64,000 nt of DNA from Eledone cirrhosa (lineage: Eukaryota): NCBI GenBank assembly GCA_964016885.1, contig OZ024740.1, positions 97,464,001-97,528,000 of the forward strand. The letters are read 5' to 3'. A program made the translations under genes and the position numbers. Positions 1 to 12,535 of this stretch are shown here, in pieces (position 1 is the first letter of the stretch; every line of letters starts with the position of its first letter). The notes below the pieces were generated by a model. It saw only the letters and a program-made list of their open reading frames with translations, ran no database searches and was not told the origin of the DNA.

Positions 1-3000
1 GCTCTGAAATAGCGATATATATGTGAATATAGACATAGAATATTCGAAAATATTCTGTATGTTTATAATTAATATTTTGAAGACCTAATCGCTATAGAAT
101 AGAATACGTCACGTATTACAATTAGATTCTCGATAAAAGCAAGGGAAGTAATCTACGCGTTTCATTCTTGTTAGAAATCATCAGGACTACATATCCAGTG
201 CTTTTATCGAGAATGACACAGCTAGAGACTTATAGAATACTTAGCTGTGTACAGGAACTGGTTTGAAAGAGCGGTTGCCGGTCCGGCAGAAATTAGAAAT
301 TGGAATAAATGCTCTGAAATAGCGATATATATGTGAATATAGACATAGAATATTCGAAAATATTCTGTATGTTTATAATAAACATTTTGAAGACCTAATC
401 GCTATAGAATAGAATACGTCACGTATTACAATTAGATTCTCGATAAAAGCAAGGGAAGTAATCTACGCGTTTCATTCTTGTTAGAAATCATCAGGACTAC
501 ATATCCAGTGCTTTTATCGAGAATGACACAGCTAGAGACTTATAGAATACTTAGCTGTGTACAGGAACTGGTTTGAAAGAGCGGTTGCCGGTCCGGCAGA
601 AATTAGAAATTGGAATAAATGCTCTGAAATAGCGATATATATGTGAATATAGACATAGAATATTCGAAAATATTCTGTATGTTTATAATAAACATTTTGA
701 AGACCTAATCGCTATAGAATAGAATACGTCACGTATTACAATTAGATTCTCGATAAAAGCAAGGGAAGTAATCTACGCGTTTCATTCTTGTTAGAAATCA
801 TCAGGACTACATATCCAGTGCTTTTATCGAGAATGACACAGCTAGAGACTTATAGAATACTTAGCTGTGTACAGGAACTGGTTTGAAAGAGCGGTTGCCG
901 GTCCGGCAGAAATTAGAAATTGGAATAAATGCTCTGAAATAGCGATATATATGTGAATATAGACATAGAATATTCGAAAATATTCTGTATGTTTATAATA
1001 AACATTTTGAAGACCTAATCGCTATAGAATAGAATACGTCACGTATTACAATTAGATTCTCGATAAAAGCAAGGGAAGTAATCTACGCGTTTCATTCTTG
1101 TTAGAAATCATCAGGACTACATATCCAGTGCTTTTATCGAGAATGACACAGCTAGAGACTTATAGAATACTTAGCTGTGTACAGGAACTGGTTTGAAAGA
1201 GCGGTTGCCGGTCCGGCAGAAATTAGAAATTGGAATAAATGCTCTGAAATAGCGATATATATGTGAATATAGACATAGAACATTCGAAAATATTCTGTAT
1301 GTTTATAATAAACATTTTGAAGACCTAATCGCTATAGAATAGAATACGTCACGTATTACAATTAGATTCTCGATAAAAGCAAGGGAAGTAATCTACGCGT
1401 TTCATTCTTGTTAGAAATCATCAGGACTACATATCCAGTGCTTTTATCGAGAATGACACAGCTAGAGACTTATAGAATACTTAGCTGTGTACAGGAACTG
1501 GTTTGAAAGAGCGGTTGCCGGTCCGGCAGAAATTAGAAATTGGAATAAATGCTCTGAAATAGCGATATATATGTGAATATAGACATAGAATATTCGAAAA
1601 TATTCTGTATGTTTATAATAAACATTTTGAAGACCTAATCGCTATAGAATAGAATACGTCACGTATTACAATTAGATTCTCGATAAAAGCAAGGGAAGTA
1701 ATCTACGCGTTTCATTCTTGTTAGAAATCATCAGGACTACATATCCAGTGCTTTTATCGAGAATGACACAGCTAGAGACTTATAGAATACTTAGCTGTGT
1801 ACAGGAACTGGTTTGAAAGAGCGGTTGCCGGTCCGGCAGAAATTAGAAATTGGAATAAATGCTCTGAAATAGCGATATATATGTGAATATAGACATAGAA
1901 TATTCGAAAATATTCTGTATGTTTATAATAAACATTTTGAAGACCTAATCGCTATAGAATAGAATACGTCACGTATTACAATTAGATTCTCGATAAAAGC
2001 AAGGGAAGTAATCTACGCGTTTCATTCTTGTTAGAAATCATCAGGACTACATATCCAGTGCTTTTATCGAGAATGACACAGCTAGAGACTTATAGAATAC
2101 TTAGCTGTGTACAGGAACTGGTTTGAAAGAGCGGTTGCCGGTCCGGCAGAAATTAGAAATTGGAATAAATGCTCTGAAATAGCGATATATATGTGAATAT
2201 AGACATAGAATATTCGAAAATATTCTGTATGTTTATAATAAACATTTTGAAGACCTAATCGCTATAGAATAGAATACGTCACGTATTACAATTAGATTCT
2301 CGATAAAAGCAAGGGAAGTAATCTACGCGTTTCATTCTTGTTAGAAATCATCAGGACTACATATCCAGTGCTTTTATCGAGAATGACACAGCTAGAGACT
2401 TATAGAATACTTAGCTGTGTACAGGAACTGGTTTGAAAGAGCGGTTGCCGGTCCGGCAGAAATTAGAAATTGGAATAAATGCTCTGAAATAGCGATATAT
2501 ATGTGAATATAGACATAGAATATTCGAAAATATTCTGTATGTTTATAATTAATATTTTGAAGACCTAATCGCTATAGAATAGAATACGTCACGTATTACA
2601 ATTAGATTCTCGATAAAAGCAAGGGAAGTAATCTACGCGTTTCATTCTTGTTAGAAATCATCAGGACTACATATCCAGTGCTTTTATCGAGAATGACACA
2701 GCTAGAGACTTATAGAATACTTAGCTGTGTACAGGAACTGGTTTGAAAGAGCGGTTGCCGGTCCGGCAGAAATTAGAAATTGGAATAAATGCTCTGAAAT
2801 AGCGATATATATGTGAATATAGACATAGAATATTCGAAAATATTCTGTATGTTTATAATAAACATTTTGAAGACCTAATCGCTATAGAATAGAATACGTC
2901 ACGTATTACAATTAGATTCTCGATAAAAGCAAGGGAAGTAATCTACGCGTTTCATTCTTGTTAGAAATCATCAGGACTACATATCCAGTGCTTTTATCGA

Positions 3001-6000
3001 GAATGACACAGCTAGAGACTTATAGAATACTTAGCTGTGTACAGGAACTGGTTTGAAAGAGCGGTTGCCGGTCCGGCAGAAATTAGAAATTGGAATAAAT
3101 GCTCTGAAATAGCGATATATATGTGAATATAGACATAGAATATTCGAAAATATTCTGTATGTTTATAATAAACATTTTGAAGACCTAATCGCTATAGAAT
3201 AGAATACGTCACGTATTACAATTAGATTCTCGATAAAAGCAAGGGAAGTAATCTACGCGTTTCATTCTTGTTAGAAATCATCAGGACTACATATCCAGTG
3301 CTTTTATCGAGAATGACACAGCTAGAGACTTATAGAATACTTAGCTGTGTACAGGAACTGGTTTGAAAGAGCGGTTGCCGGTCCGGCAGAAATTAGAAAT
3401 TGGAATAAATGCTCTGAAATAGCGATATATATGTGAATATAGACATAGAATATTCGAAAATATTCTGTATGTTTATAATAAACATTTTGAAGACCTAATC
3501 GCTATAGAATAGAATACGTCACGTATTACAATTAGATTCTCGATAAAAGCAAGGGAAGTAATCTACGCGTTTCATTCTTGTTAGAAATCATCAGGACTAC
3601 ATATCCAGTGCTTTTATCGAGAATGACACAGCTAGAGACTTATAGAATACTTAGCTGTGTACAGGAACTGGTTTGAAAGAGCGGTTGCCGGTCCGGCAGA
3701 AATTAGAAATTGGAATAAATGCTCTGAAATAGCGATATATATGTGAATATAGACATAGAATATTCGAAAATATTCTGTATGTTTATAATAAACATTTTGA
3801 AGACCTAATCGCTATAGAATAGAATACGTCACGTATTACAATTAGATTCTCGATAAAAGCAAGGGAAGTAATCTACGCGTTTCATTCTTGTTAGAAATCA
3901 TCAGGACTACATATCCAGTGCTTTTATCGAGAATGACACAGCTAGAGACTTATAGAATACTTAGCTGTGTACAGGAACTGGTTTGAAAGAGCGGTTGCCG
4001 GTCCGGCAGAAATTAGAAATTGGAATAAATGCTCTGAAATAGCGATATATATGTGAATATAGACATAGAATATTCGAAAATATTCTGTATGTTTATAATT
4101 AATATTTTGAAGACCTAATCGCTATAGAATAGAATACGTCACGTATTACAATTAGATTCTCGATAAAAGCAAGGGAAGTAATCTACGCGTTTCATTCTTG
4201 TTAGAAATCATCAGGACTACATATCCAGTGCTTTTATCGAGAATGACACAGCTAGAGACTTATAGAATACTTAGCTGTGTACAGGAACTGGTTTGAAAGA
4301 GCGGTTGCCGGTCCGGCAGAAATTAGAAATTGGAATAAATGCTCTGAAATAGCGATATATATGTGAATATAGACATAGAATATTCGAAAATATTCTGTAT
4401 GTTTATAATAAACATTTTGAAGACCTAATCGCTATAGAATAGAATACGTCACGTATTACAATTAGATTCTCGATAAAAGCAAGGGAAGTAATCTACGCGT
4501 TTCATTCTTGTTAGAAATCATCAGGACTACATATCCAGTGCTTTTATCGAGAATGACACAGCTAGAGACTTATAGAATACTTAGCTGTGTACAGGAACTG
4601 GTTTGAAAGAGCGGTTGCCGGTCCGGCAGAAATTAGAAATTGGAATAAATGCTCTGAAATAGCGATATATATGTGAATATAGACATAGAATATTCGAAAA
4701 TATTCTGTATGTTTATAATAAACATTTTGAAGACCTAATCGCTATAGAATAGAATACGTCACGTATTACAATTAGATTCTCGATAAAAGCAAGGGAAGTA
4801 ATCTACGCGTTTCATTCTTGTTAGAAATCATCAGGACTACATATCCAGTGCTTTTATCGAGAATGACACAGCTAGAGACTTATAGAATACTTAGCTGTGT
4901 ACAGGAACTGGTTTGAAAGAGCGGTTGCCGGTCCGGCAGAAATTAGAAATTGGAATAAATGCTCTGAAATAGCGATATATATGTGAATATAGACATAGAA
5001 TATTCGAAAATATTCTGTATGTTTATAATTAATATTTTGAAGACCTAATCGCTATAGAATAGAATACGTCACGTATTACAATTAGATTCTCGATAAAAGC
5101 AAGGGAAGTAATCTACGCGTTTCATTCTTGTTAGAAATCATCAGGACTACATATCCAGTGCTTTTATCGAGAATGACACAGCTAGAGACTTATAGAATAC
5201 TTAGCTGTGTACAGGAACTGGTTTGAAAGAGCGGTTGCCGGTCCGGCAGAAATTAGAAATTGGAATAAATGCTCTGAAATAGCGATATATATGTGAATAT
5301 AGACATAGAATATTCGAAAATATTCTGTATGTTTATAATAAACATTTTGAAGACCTAATCGCTATAGAATAGAATACGTCACGTATTACAATTAGATTCT
5401 CGATAAAAGCAAGGGAAGTAATCTACGCGTTTCATTCTTGTTAGAAATCATCAGGACTACATATCCAGTGCTTTTATCGAGAATGACACAGCTAGAGACT
5501 TATAGAATACTTAGCTGTGTACAGGAACTGGTTTGAAAGAGCGGTTGCCGGTCCGGCAGAAATTAGAAATTGGAATAAATGCTCTGAAATAGCGATATAT
5601 ATGTGAATATAGACATAGAATATTCGAAAATATTCTGTATGTTTATAATTAATATTTTGAAGACCTAATCGCTATAGAATAGAATACGTCACGTATTACA
5701 ATTAGATTCTCGATAAAAGCAAGGGAAGTAATCTACGCGTTTCATTCTTGTTAGAAATCATCAGGACTACATATCCAGTGCTTTTATCGAGAATGACACA
5801 GCTAGAGACTTATAGAATACTTAGCTGTGTACAGGAACTGGTTTGAAAGAGCGGTTGCCGGTCCGGCAGAAATTAGAAATTGGAATAAATGCTCTGAAAT
5901 AGCGATATATATGTGAATATAGACATAGAATATTCGAAAATATTCTGTATGTTTATAATAAACATTTTGAAGACCTAATCGCTATAGAATAGAATACGTC

Positions 6001-9000
6001 ACGTATTACAATTAGATTCTCGATAAAAGCAAGGGAAGTAATCTACGCGTTTCATTCTTGTTAGAAATCATCAGGACTACATATCCAGTGCTTTTATCGA
6101 GAATGACACAGCTAGAGACATATAGAATACTTAGCTGTGTACAGGAACTGGTTTGAAAGAGCGGTTGCCGGTCCGGCAGAAATTAGAAATTGGAATAAAT
6201 GCTCTGAAATAGCGATATATATGTGAATATAGACATAGAATATTCGAAAATATTCTGTATGTTTATAATAAACATTTTGAAGACCTAATCGCTATAGAAT
6301 AGAATACGTCACGTATTACAATTAGATTCTCGATAAAAGCAAGGGAAGTAATCTACGCGTTTCATTCTTGTTAGAAATCATCAGGACTACATATCCAGTG
6401 CTTTTATCGAGAATGACACAGCTAGAGACTTATAGAATACTTAGCTGTGTACAGGAACTGGTTTGAAAGAGCGGTTGCCGGTCCGGCAGAAATTAGAAAT
6501 TGGAATAAATGCTCTGAAATAGCGATATATATGTGAATATAGACATAGAACATTCGAAAATATTCTGTATGTTTATAATAAACATTTTGAAGACCTAATC
6601 GCTATAGAATAGAATACGTCACGTATTACAATTAGATTCTCGATAAAAGCAAGGGAAGTAATCTACGCGTTTCATTCTTGTTAGAAATCATCAGGACTAC
6701 ATATCCAGTGCTTTTATCGAGAATGACACAGCTAGAGACTTATAGAATACTTAGCTGTGTACAGGAACTGGTTTGAAAGAGCGGTTGCCGGTCCGGCAGA
6801 AATTAGAAATTGGAATAAATGCTCTGAAATAGCGATATATATGTGAATATAGACATAGAATATTCGAAAATATTCTGTATGTTTATAATAAACATTTTGA
6901 AGACCTAATCGCTATAGAATAGAATACGTCACGTATTACAATTAGATTCTCGATAAAAGCAAGGGAAGTAATCTACGCGTTTCATTCTTGTTAGAAATCA
7001 TCAGGACTACATATCCAGTGCTTTTATCGAGAATGACACAGCTAGAGACTTATAGAATACTTAGCTGTGTACAGGAACTGGTTTGAAAGAGCGGTTGCCG
7101 GTCCGGCAGAAATTAGAAATTGGAATAAATGCTCTGAAATAGCGATATATATGTGAATATAGACATAGAATATTCGAAAATATTCTGTATGTTTATAATA
7201 AACATTTTGAAGACCTAATCGCTATAGAATAGAATACGTCACGTATTACAATTAGATTCTCGATAAAAGCAAGGGAAGTAATCTACGCGTTTCATTCTTG
7301 TTAGAAATCATCAGGACTACATATCCAGTGCTTTTATCGAGAATGACACAGCTAGAGACTTATAGAATACTTAGCTGTGTACAGGAACTGGTTTGAAAGA
7401 GCGGTTGCCGGTCCGGCAGAAATTAGAAATTGGAATAAATGCTCTGAAATAGCGATATATATGTGAATATAGACATAGAATATTCGAAAATATTCTGTAT
7501 GTTTATAATAAACATTTTGAAGACCTAATCGCTATAGAATAGAATACGTCACGTATTACAATTAGATTCTCGATAAAAGCAAGGGAAGTAATCTACGCGT
7601 TTCATTCTTGTTAGAAATCATCAGGACTACATATCCAGTGCTTTTATCGAGAATGACACAGCTAGAGACTTATAGAATACTTAGCTGTGTACAGGAACTG
7701 GTTTGAAAGAGCGGTTGCCGGTCCGGCAGAAATTAGAAATTGGAATAAATGCTCTGAAATAGCGATATATATGTGAATATAGACATAGAATATTCGAAAA
7801 TATTCTGTATGTTTATAATTAATATTTTGAAGACCTAATCGCTATAGAATAGAATACGTCACGTATTACAATTAGATTCTCGATAAAAGCAAGGGAAGTA
7901 ATCTACGCGTTTCATTCTTGTTAGAAATCATCAGGACTACATATCCAGTGCTTTTATCGAGAATGACACAGCTAGAGACTTATAGAATACTTAGCTGTGT
8001 ACAGGAACTGGTTTGAAAGACCGGTTGCCGGTCCGGCAGAAATTAGAAATTGGAATAAATGCTCTGAAATAGCGATATATATGTGAATATAGACATAGAA
8101 TATTCGAAAATATTCTGTATGTTTATAATAAACATTTTGAAGACCTAATCGCTATAGAATAGAATACGTCACGTATTACAATTAGATTCTCGATAAAAGC
8201 AAGGGAAGTAATCTACGCGTTTCATTCTTGTTAGAAATCATCAGGACTACATATCCAGTGCTTTTATCGAGAATGACACAGCTAGAGACTTATAGAATAC
8301 TTAGCTGTGTACAGGAACTGGTTTGAAAGAGCGGTTGCCGGTCCGGCAGAAATTAGAAATTGGAATAAATGCTCTGAAATAGCGATATATATGTGAATAT
8401 AGACATAGAATATTCGAAAATATTCTGTATGTTTATAATTAATATTTTGAAGACCTAATCGCTATAGAATAGAATACGTCACGTATTACAATTAGATTCT
8501 CGATAAAAGCAAGGGAAGTAATCTACGCGTTTCATTCTTGTTAGAAATCATCAGGACTACATATCCAGTGCTTTTATCGAGAATGACACAGCTAGAGACT
8601 TATAGAATACTTAGCTGTGTACAGGAACTGGTTTGAAAGAGCGGTTGCCGGTCCGGCAGAAATTAGAAATTGGAATAAATGCTCTGAAATAGCGATATAT
8701 ATGTGAATATAGACATAGAATATTCGAAAATATTCTGTATGTTTATAATAAACATTTTGAAGACCTAATCGCTATAGAATAGAATACGTCACGTATTACA
8801 ATTAGATTCTCGATAAAAGCAAGGGAAGTAATCTACGCGTTTCATTCTTGTTAGAAATCATCAGGACTACATATCCAGTGCTTTTATCGAGAATGACACA
8901 GCTAGAGACTTATAGAATACTTAGCTGTGTACAGGAACTGGTTTGAAAGAGCGGTTGCCGGTCCGGCAGAAATTAGAAATTGGAATAAATGCTCTGAAAT

Positions 9001-11587
9001 AGCGATATATATGTGAATATAGACATAGAATATTCGAAAATATTCTGTATGTTTATAATAAACATTTTGAAGACCTAATCGCTATAGAATAGAATACGTC
9101 ACGTATTACAATTAGATTCTCGATAAAAGCAAGGGAAGTAATCTACGCGTTTCATTCTTGTTAGAAATCATCAGGACTACATATCCAGTGCTTTTATCGA
9201 GAATGACACAGCTAGAGACTTATAGAATACTTAGCTGTGTACAGGAACTGGTTTGAAAGAGCGGTTGCCGGTCCGGCAGAAATTAGAAATTGGAATAAAT
9301 GCTCTGAAATAGCGATATATATGTGAATATAGACATAGAATATTCGAAAATATTCTGTATGTTTATAATAAACATTTTGAAGACCTAATCGCTATAGAAT
9401 AGAATACGTCACGTATTACAATTAGATTCTCGATAAAAGCAAGGGAAGTAATCTACGCGTTTCATTCTTGTTAGAAATCATCAGGACTACATATCCAGTG
9501 CTTTTATCGAGAATGACACAGCTAGAGACTTATAGAATACTTAGCTGTGTACAGGAACTGGTTTGAAAGAGCGGTTGCCGGTCCGGCAGAAATTAGAAAT
9601 TGGAATAAATGCTCTGAAATAGCGATATATATGTGAATATAGACATAGAACATTCGAAAATATTCTGTATGTTTATAATAAACATTTTGAAGACCTAATC
9701 GCTATAGAATAGAATACGTCACGTATTACAATTAGATTCTCGATAAAAGCAAGGGAAGTAATCTACGCGTTTCATTCTTGTTAGAAATCATCAGGACTAC
9801 ATATCCAGTGCTTTTATCGAGAATGACACAGCTAGAGACTTATAGAATACTTAGCTGTGTACAGGAACTGGTTTGAAAGAGCGGTTGCCGGTCCGGCAGA
9901 AATTAGAAATTGGAATAAATGCTCTGAAATAGCGATATATATGTGAATATAGACATAGAATATTCGAAAATATTCTGTATGTTTATAATAAACATTTTGA
10001 AGACCTAATCGCTATAGAATAGAATACGTCACGTATTACAATTAGATTCTCGATAAAAGCAAGGGAAGTAATCTACGCGTTTCATTCTTGTTAGAAATCA
10101 TCAGGACTACATATCCAGTGCTTTTATCGAGAATGACACAGCTAGAGACTTATAGAATACTTAGCTGTGTACAGGAACTGGTTTGAAAGAGCGGTTGCCG
10201 GTCCGGCAGAAATTAGAAATTGGAATAAATGCTCTGAAATAGCGATATATATGTGAATATAGACATAGAACATTCGAAAATATTCTGTATGTTTATAATA
10301 AACATTTTGAAGACCTAATCGCTATAGAATAGAATACGTCACGTATTACAATTAGATTCTCGATAAAAGCAAGGGAAGTAATCTACGCGTTTCATTCTTG
10401 TTAGAAATCATCAGGACTACATATCCAGTGCTTTTATCGAGAATGACACAGCTAGAGACTTATAGAATACTTAGCTGTGTACAGGAACTGGTTTGAAAGA
10501 GCGGTTGCCGGTCCGGCAGAAATTAGAAATTGGAATAAATGCTCTGAAATAGCGATATATATGTGAATATAGACATAGAACATTCGAAAATATTCTGTAT
10601 GTTTATAATAAACATTTTGAAGACCTAATCGCTATAGAATAGAATACGTCACGTATTACAATTAGATTCTCGATAAAAGCAAGGGAAGTAATCTACGCGT
10701 TTCATTCTTGTTAGAAATCATCAGGACTACATATCCAGTGCTTTTATCGAGAATGACACAGCTAGAGACTTATAGAATACTTAGCTGTGTACAGGAACTG
10801 GTTTGAAAGAGCGGTTGCCGGTCCGGCAGAAATTAGAAATTGGAATAAATGCTCTGAAATAGCGATATATATGTGAATATAGACATAGAATATTCGAAAA
10901 TATTCTGTATGTTTATAATTAATATTTTGAAGACCTAATCGCTATAGAATAGAATACGTCACGTATTACAATTAGATTCTCGATAAAAGCAAGGGAAGTA
11001 ATCTACGCGTTTCATTCTTGTTAGAAATCATCAGGACTACATATCCAGTGCTTTTATCGAGAATGACACAGCTAGAGACTTATAGAATACTTAGCTGTGT
11101 ACAGGAACTGGTTTGAAAGAGCGGTTGCCGGTCCGGCAGAAATTAGAAATTGGAATAAATGCTCTGAAATAGCGATATATATGTGAATATAGACATAGAA
11201 TATTCGAAAATATTCTGTATGTTTATAATAAACATTTTGAAGACCTAATCGCTATAGAATAGAATACGTCACGTATTACAATTAGATTCTCGATAAAAGC
11301 AAGGGAAGTAATCTACGCGTTTCATTCTTGTTAGAAATCATCAGGACTACATATCCAGTGCTTTTATCGAGAATGACACAGCTAGAGACTTATAGAATAC
11401 TTAGCTGTGTACAGGAACTGGTTTGAAAGAGCGGTTGCCGGTCCGGCAGAAATTAGAAATTGGAATAAATGCTCTGAAATAGCGATATATATGTGAATAT
11501 AGACATAGAATATTCGAAAATATTCTGTATGTTTATAATAAACATTTTGAAGACCTAATCGCTATAGAATAGAATACGTCACGTATT
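1..11587 (-). repeat. 310-bp tandem array (~37.4 units) carrying one hammerhead ribozyme per unit on the minus strand; retrozyme-like satellite
   Basis: The unit start GCTCTGAAATAGCG recurs at 1, 311, 621 ... 11471 (period 310). Units are near-identical, with only a few SNP types. The array runs off the left edge of the window. Confidence 0.97.
126..214 (-). ncRNA. Type-I minimal hammerhead ribozyme (first of 37 minus-strand copies, at +310 intervals)
   Basis: Minus strand reads GUAGUC-CUGAUGA-U UUCU AACA AGAA U-GAAA-CGCG-UA^GAUUAC (core 148-190). Stem I is GUAGUC/GAUUAC, stem III is the palindrome ACGCGU, and the cleavage triplet is GUA. A flanking 16-bp perfect inverted repeat (126-141/199-214) extends stem I. 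Confidence 0.88.
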
Positions 11588-12474
11588 GCCGGACCGGCAA
11601 CCGCTCTTTCAAACCAGTTCCTGTACACAGCTAAGTATTCTATAAGTCTCTAGCTGTGTCATTCTCGATAAAAGCACTGGATATGTAGTCCTGATGATTT
11701 CTAACAAGAATGAAACGCGTAGATTACTTCCCTTGCTTTTATCGAGAATCTAATTGTAATACGTGACGTATTCTATTCTATAGCGATTAGGTCTTCAAAA
11801 TGTTTATTATAAACATACAGAATATTTTCGAATATTCTATGTCTATATTCACATATATATCGCTATTTCAGAGCATTTATTCCAATTTCTAATTTCTGCC
11901 GGACCGGCAACCGCTCTTTCAAACCAGTTCCTGTACACAGCTAAGTATTCTATAAGTCTCTAGCTGTGTCATTCTCGATAAAAGCACTGGATATGTAGTC
12001 CTGATGATTTCTAACAAGAATGAAACGCGTAGATTACTTCCCTTGCTTTTATCGAGAATCTAATTGTAATACGTGACGTATTCTATTCTATAGCGATTAG
12101 GTCTTCAAAATGTTTATTATAAACATACAGAATATTTTCGAATATTCTATGTCTATATTCACATATATATCGCTATTTCAGAGCATTTATTCCAATTTCT
12201 AATTTCTGCCGGACCGGCAACCGCTCTTTCAAACCAGTTCCTGTACACAGCTAAGTATTCTATAAGTCTCTAGCTGTGTCATTCTCGATAAAAGCACTGG
12301 ATATGTAGTCCTGATGATTTCTAACAAGAATGAAACGCGTAGATTACTTCCCTTGCTTTTATCGAGAATCTAATTGTAATACGTGACGTATTCTATTCTA
12401 TAGCGATTAGGTCTTCAAAATGTTTATTATAAACATACAGAATATTTTCGAATATTCTATGTCTATATTCACAT

Positions 12475-12480
<6 letters not shown>
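11588..12480 (+). repeat. Inverted block (~2.9 units) of the same 310-bp repeat, ending in (TA)n
   Basis: From about 11587 the sequence is the exact reverse complement of the unit (TGCCGGACCGGCAACCGCTC...). It merges into (TA)n through the unit's own ATATATAT. Confidence 0.95.
11661..11749 (+). ncRNA. Hammerhead ribozyme, plus-strand copy (further cores at 11995-12037 and 12305-12347)
   Basis: gtagtc CTGATGA tttctaacaagaat GAAA cgcg TA gattac at 11685-11727, enclosed by attctcgataaaagca/tgcttttatcgagaat. Confidence 0.88.
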
Positions 12481-12533
<53 letters not shown>

Positions 12534-12535
12534 TA

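Noticed and set aside
1-11470. Higher-order repeat structure in the array
   Set aside because: Some variants recur at 17-unit spacing (5/22, 9/26, 19/36) but others break the pattern.
1-12480. CRISPR array, rDNA/5S or coding repeat
   Set aside because: No unique spacers, no rRNA or tRNA motifs, and no ORF in the supplied track.
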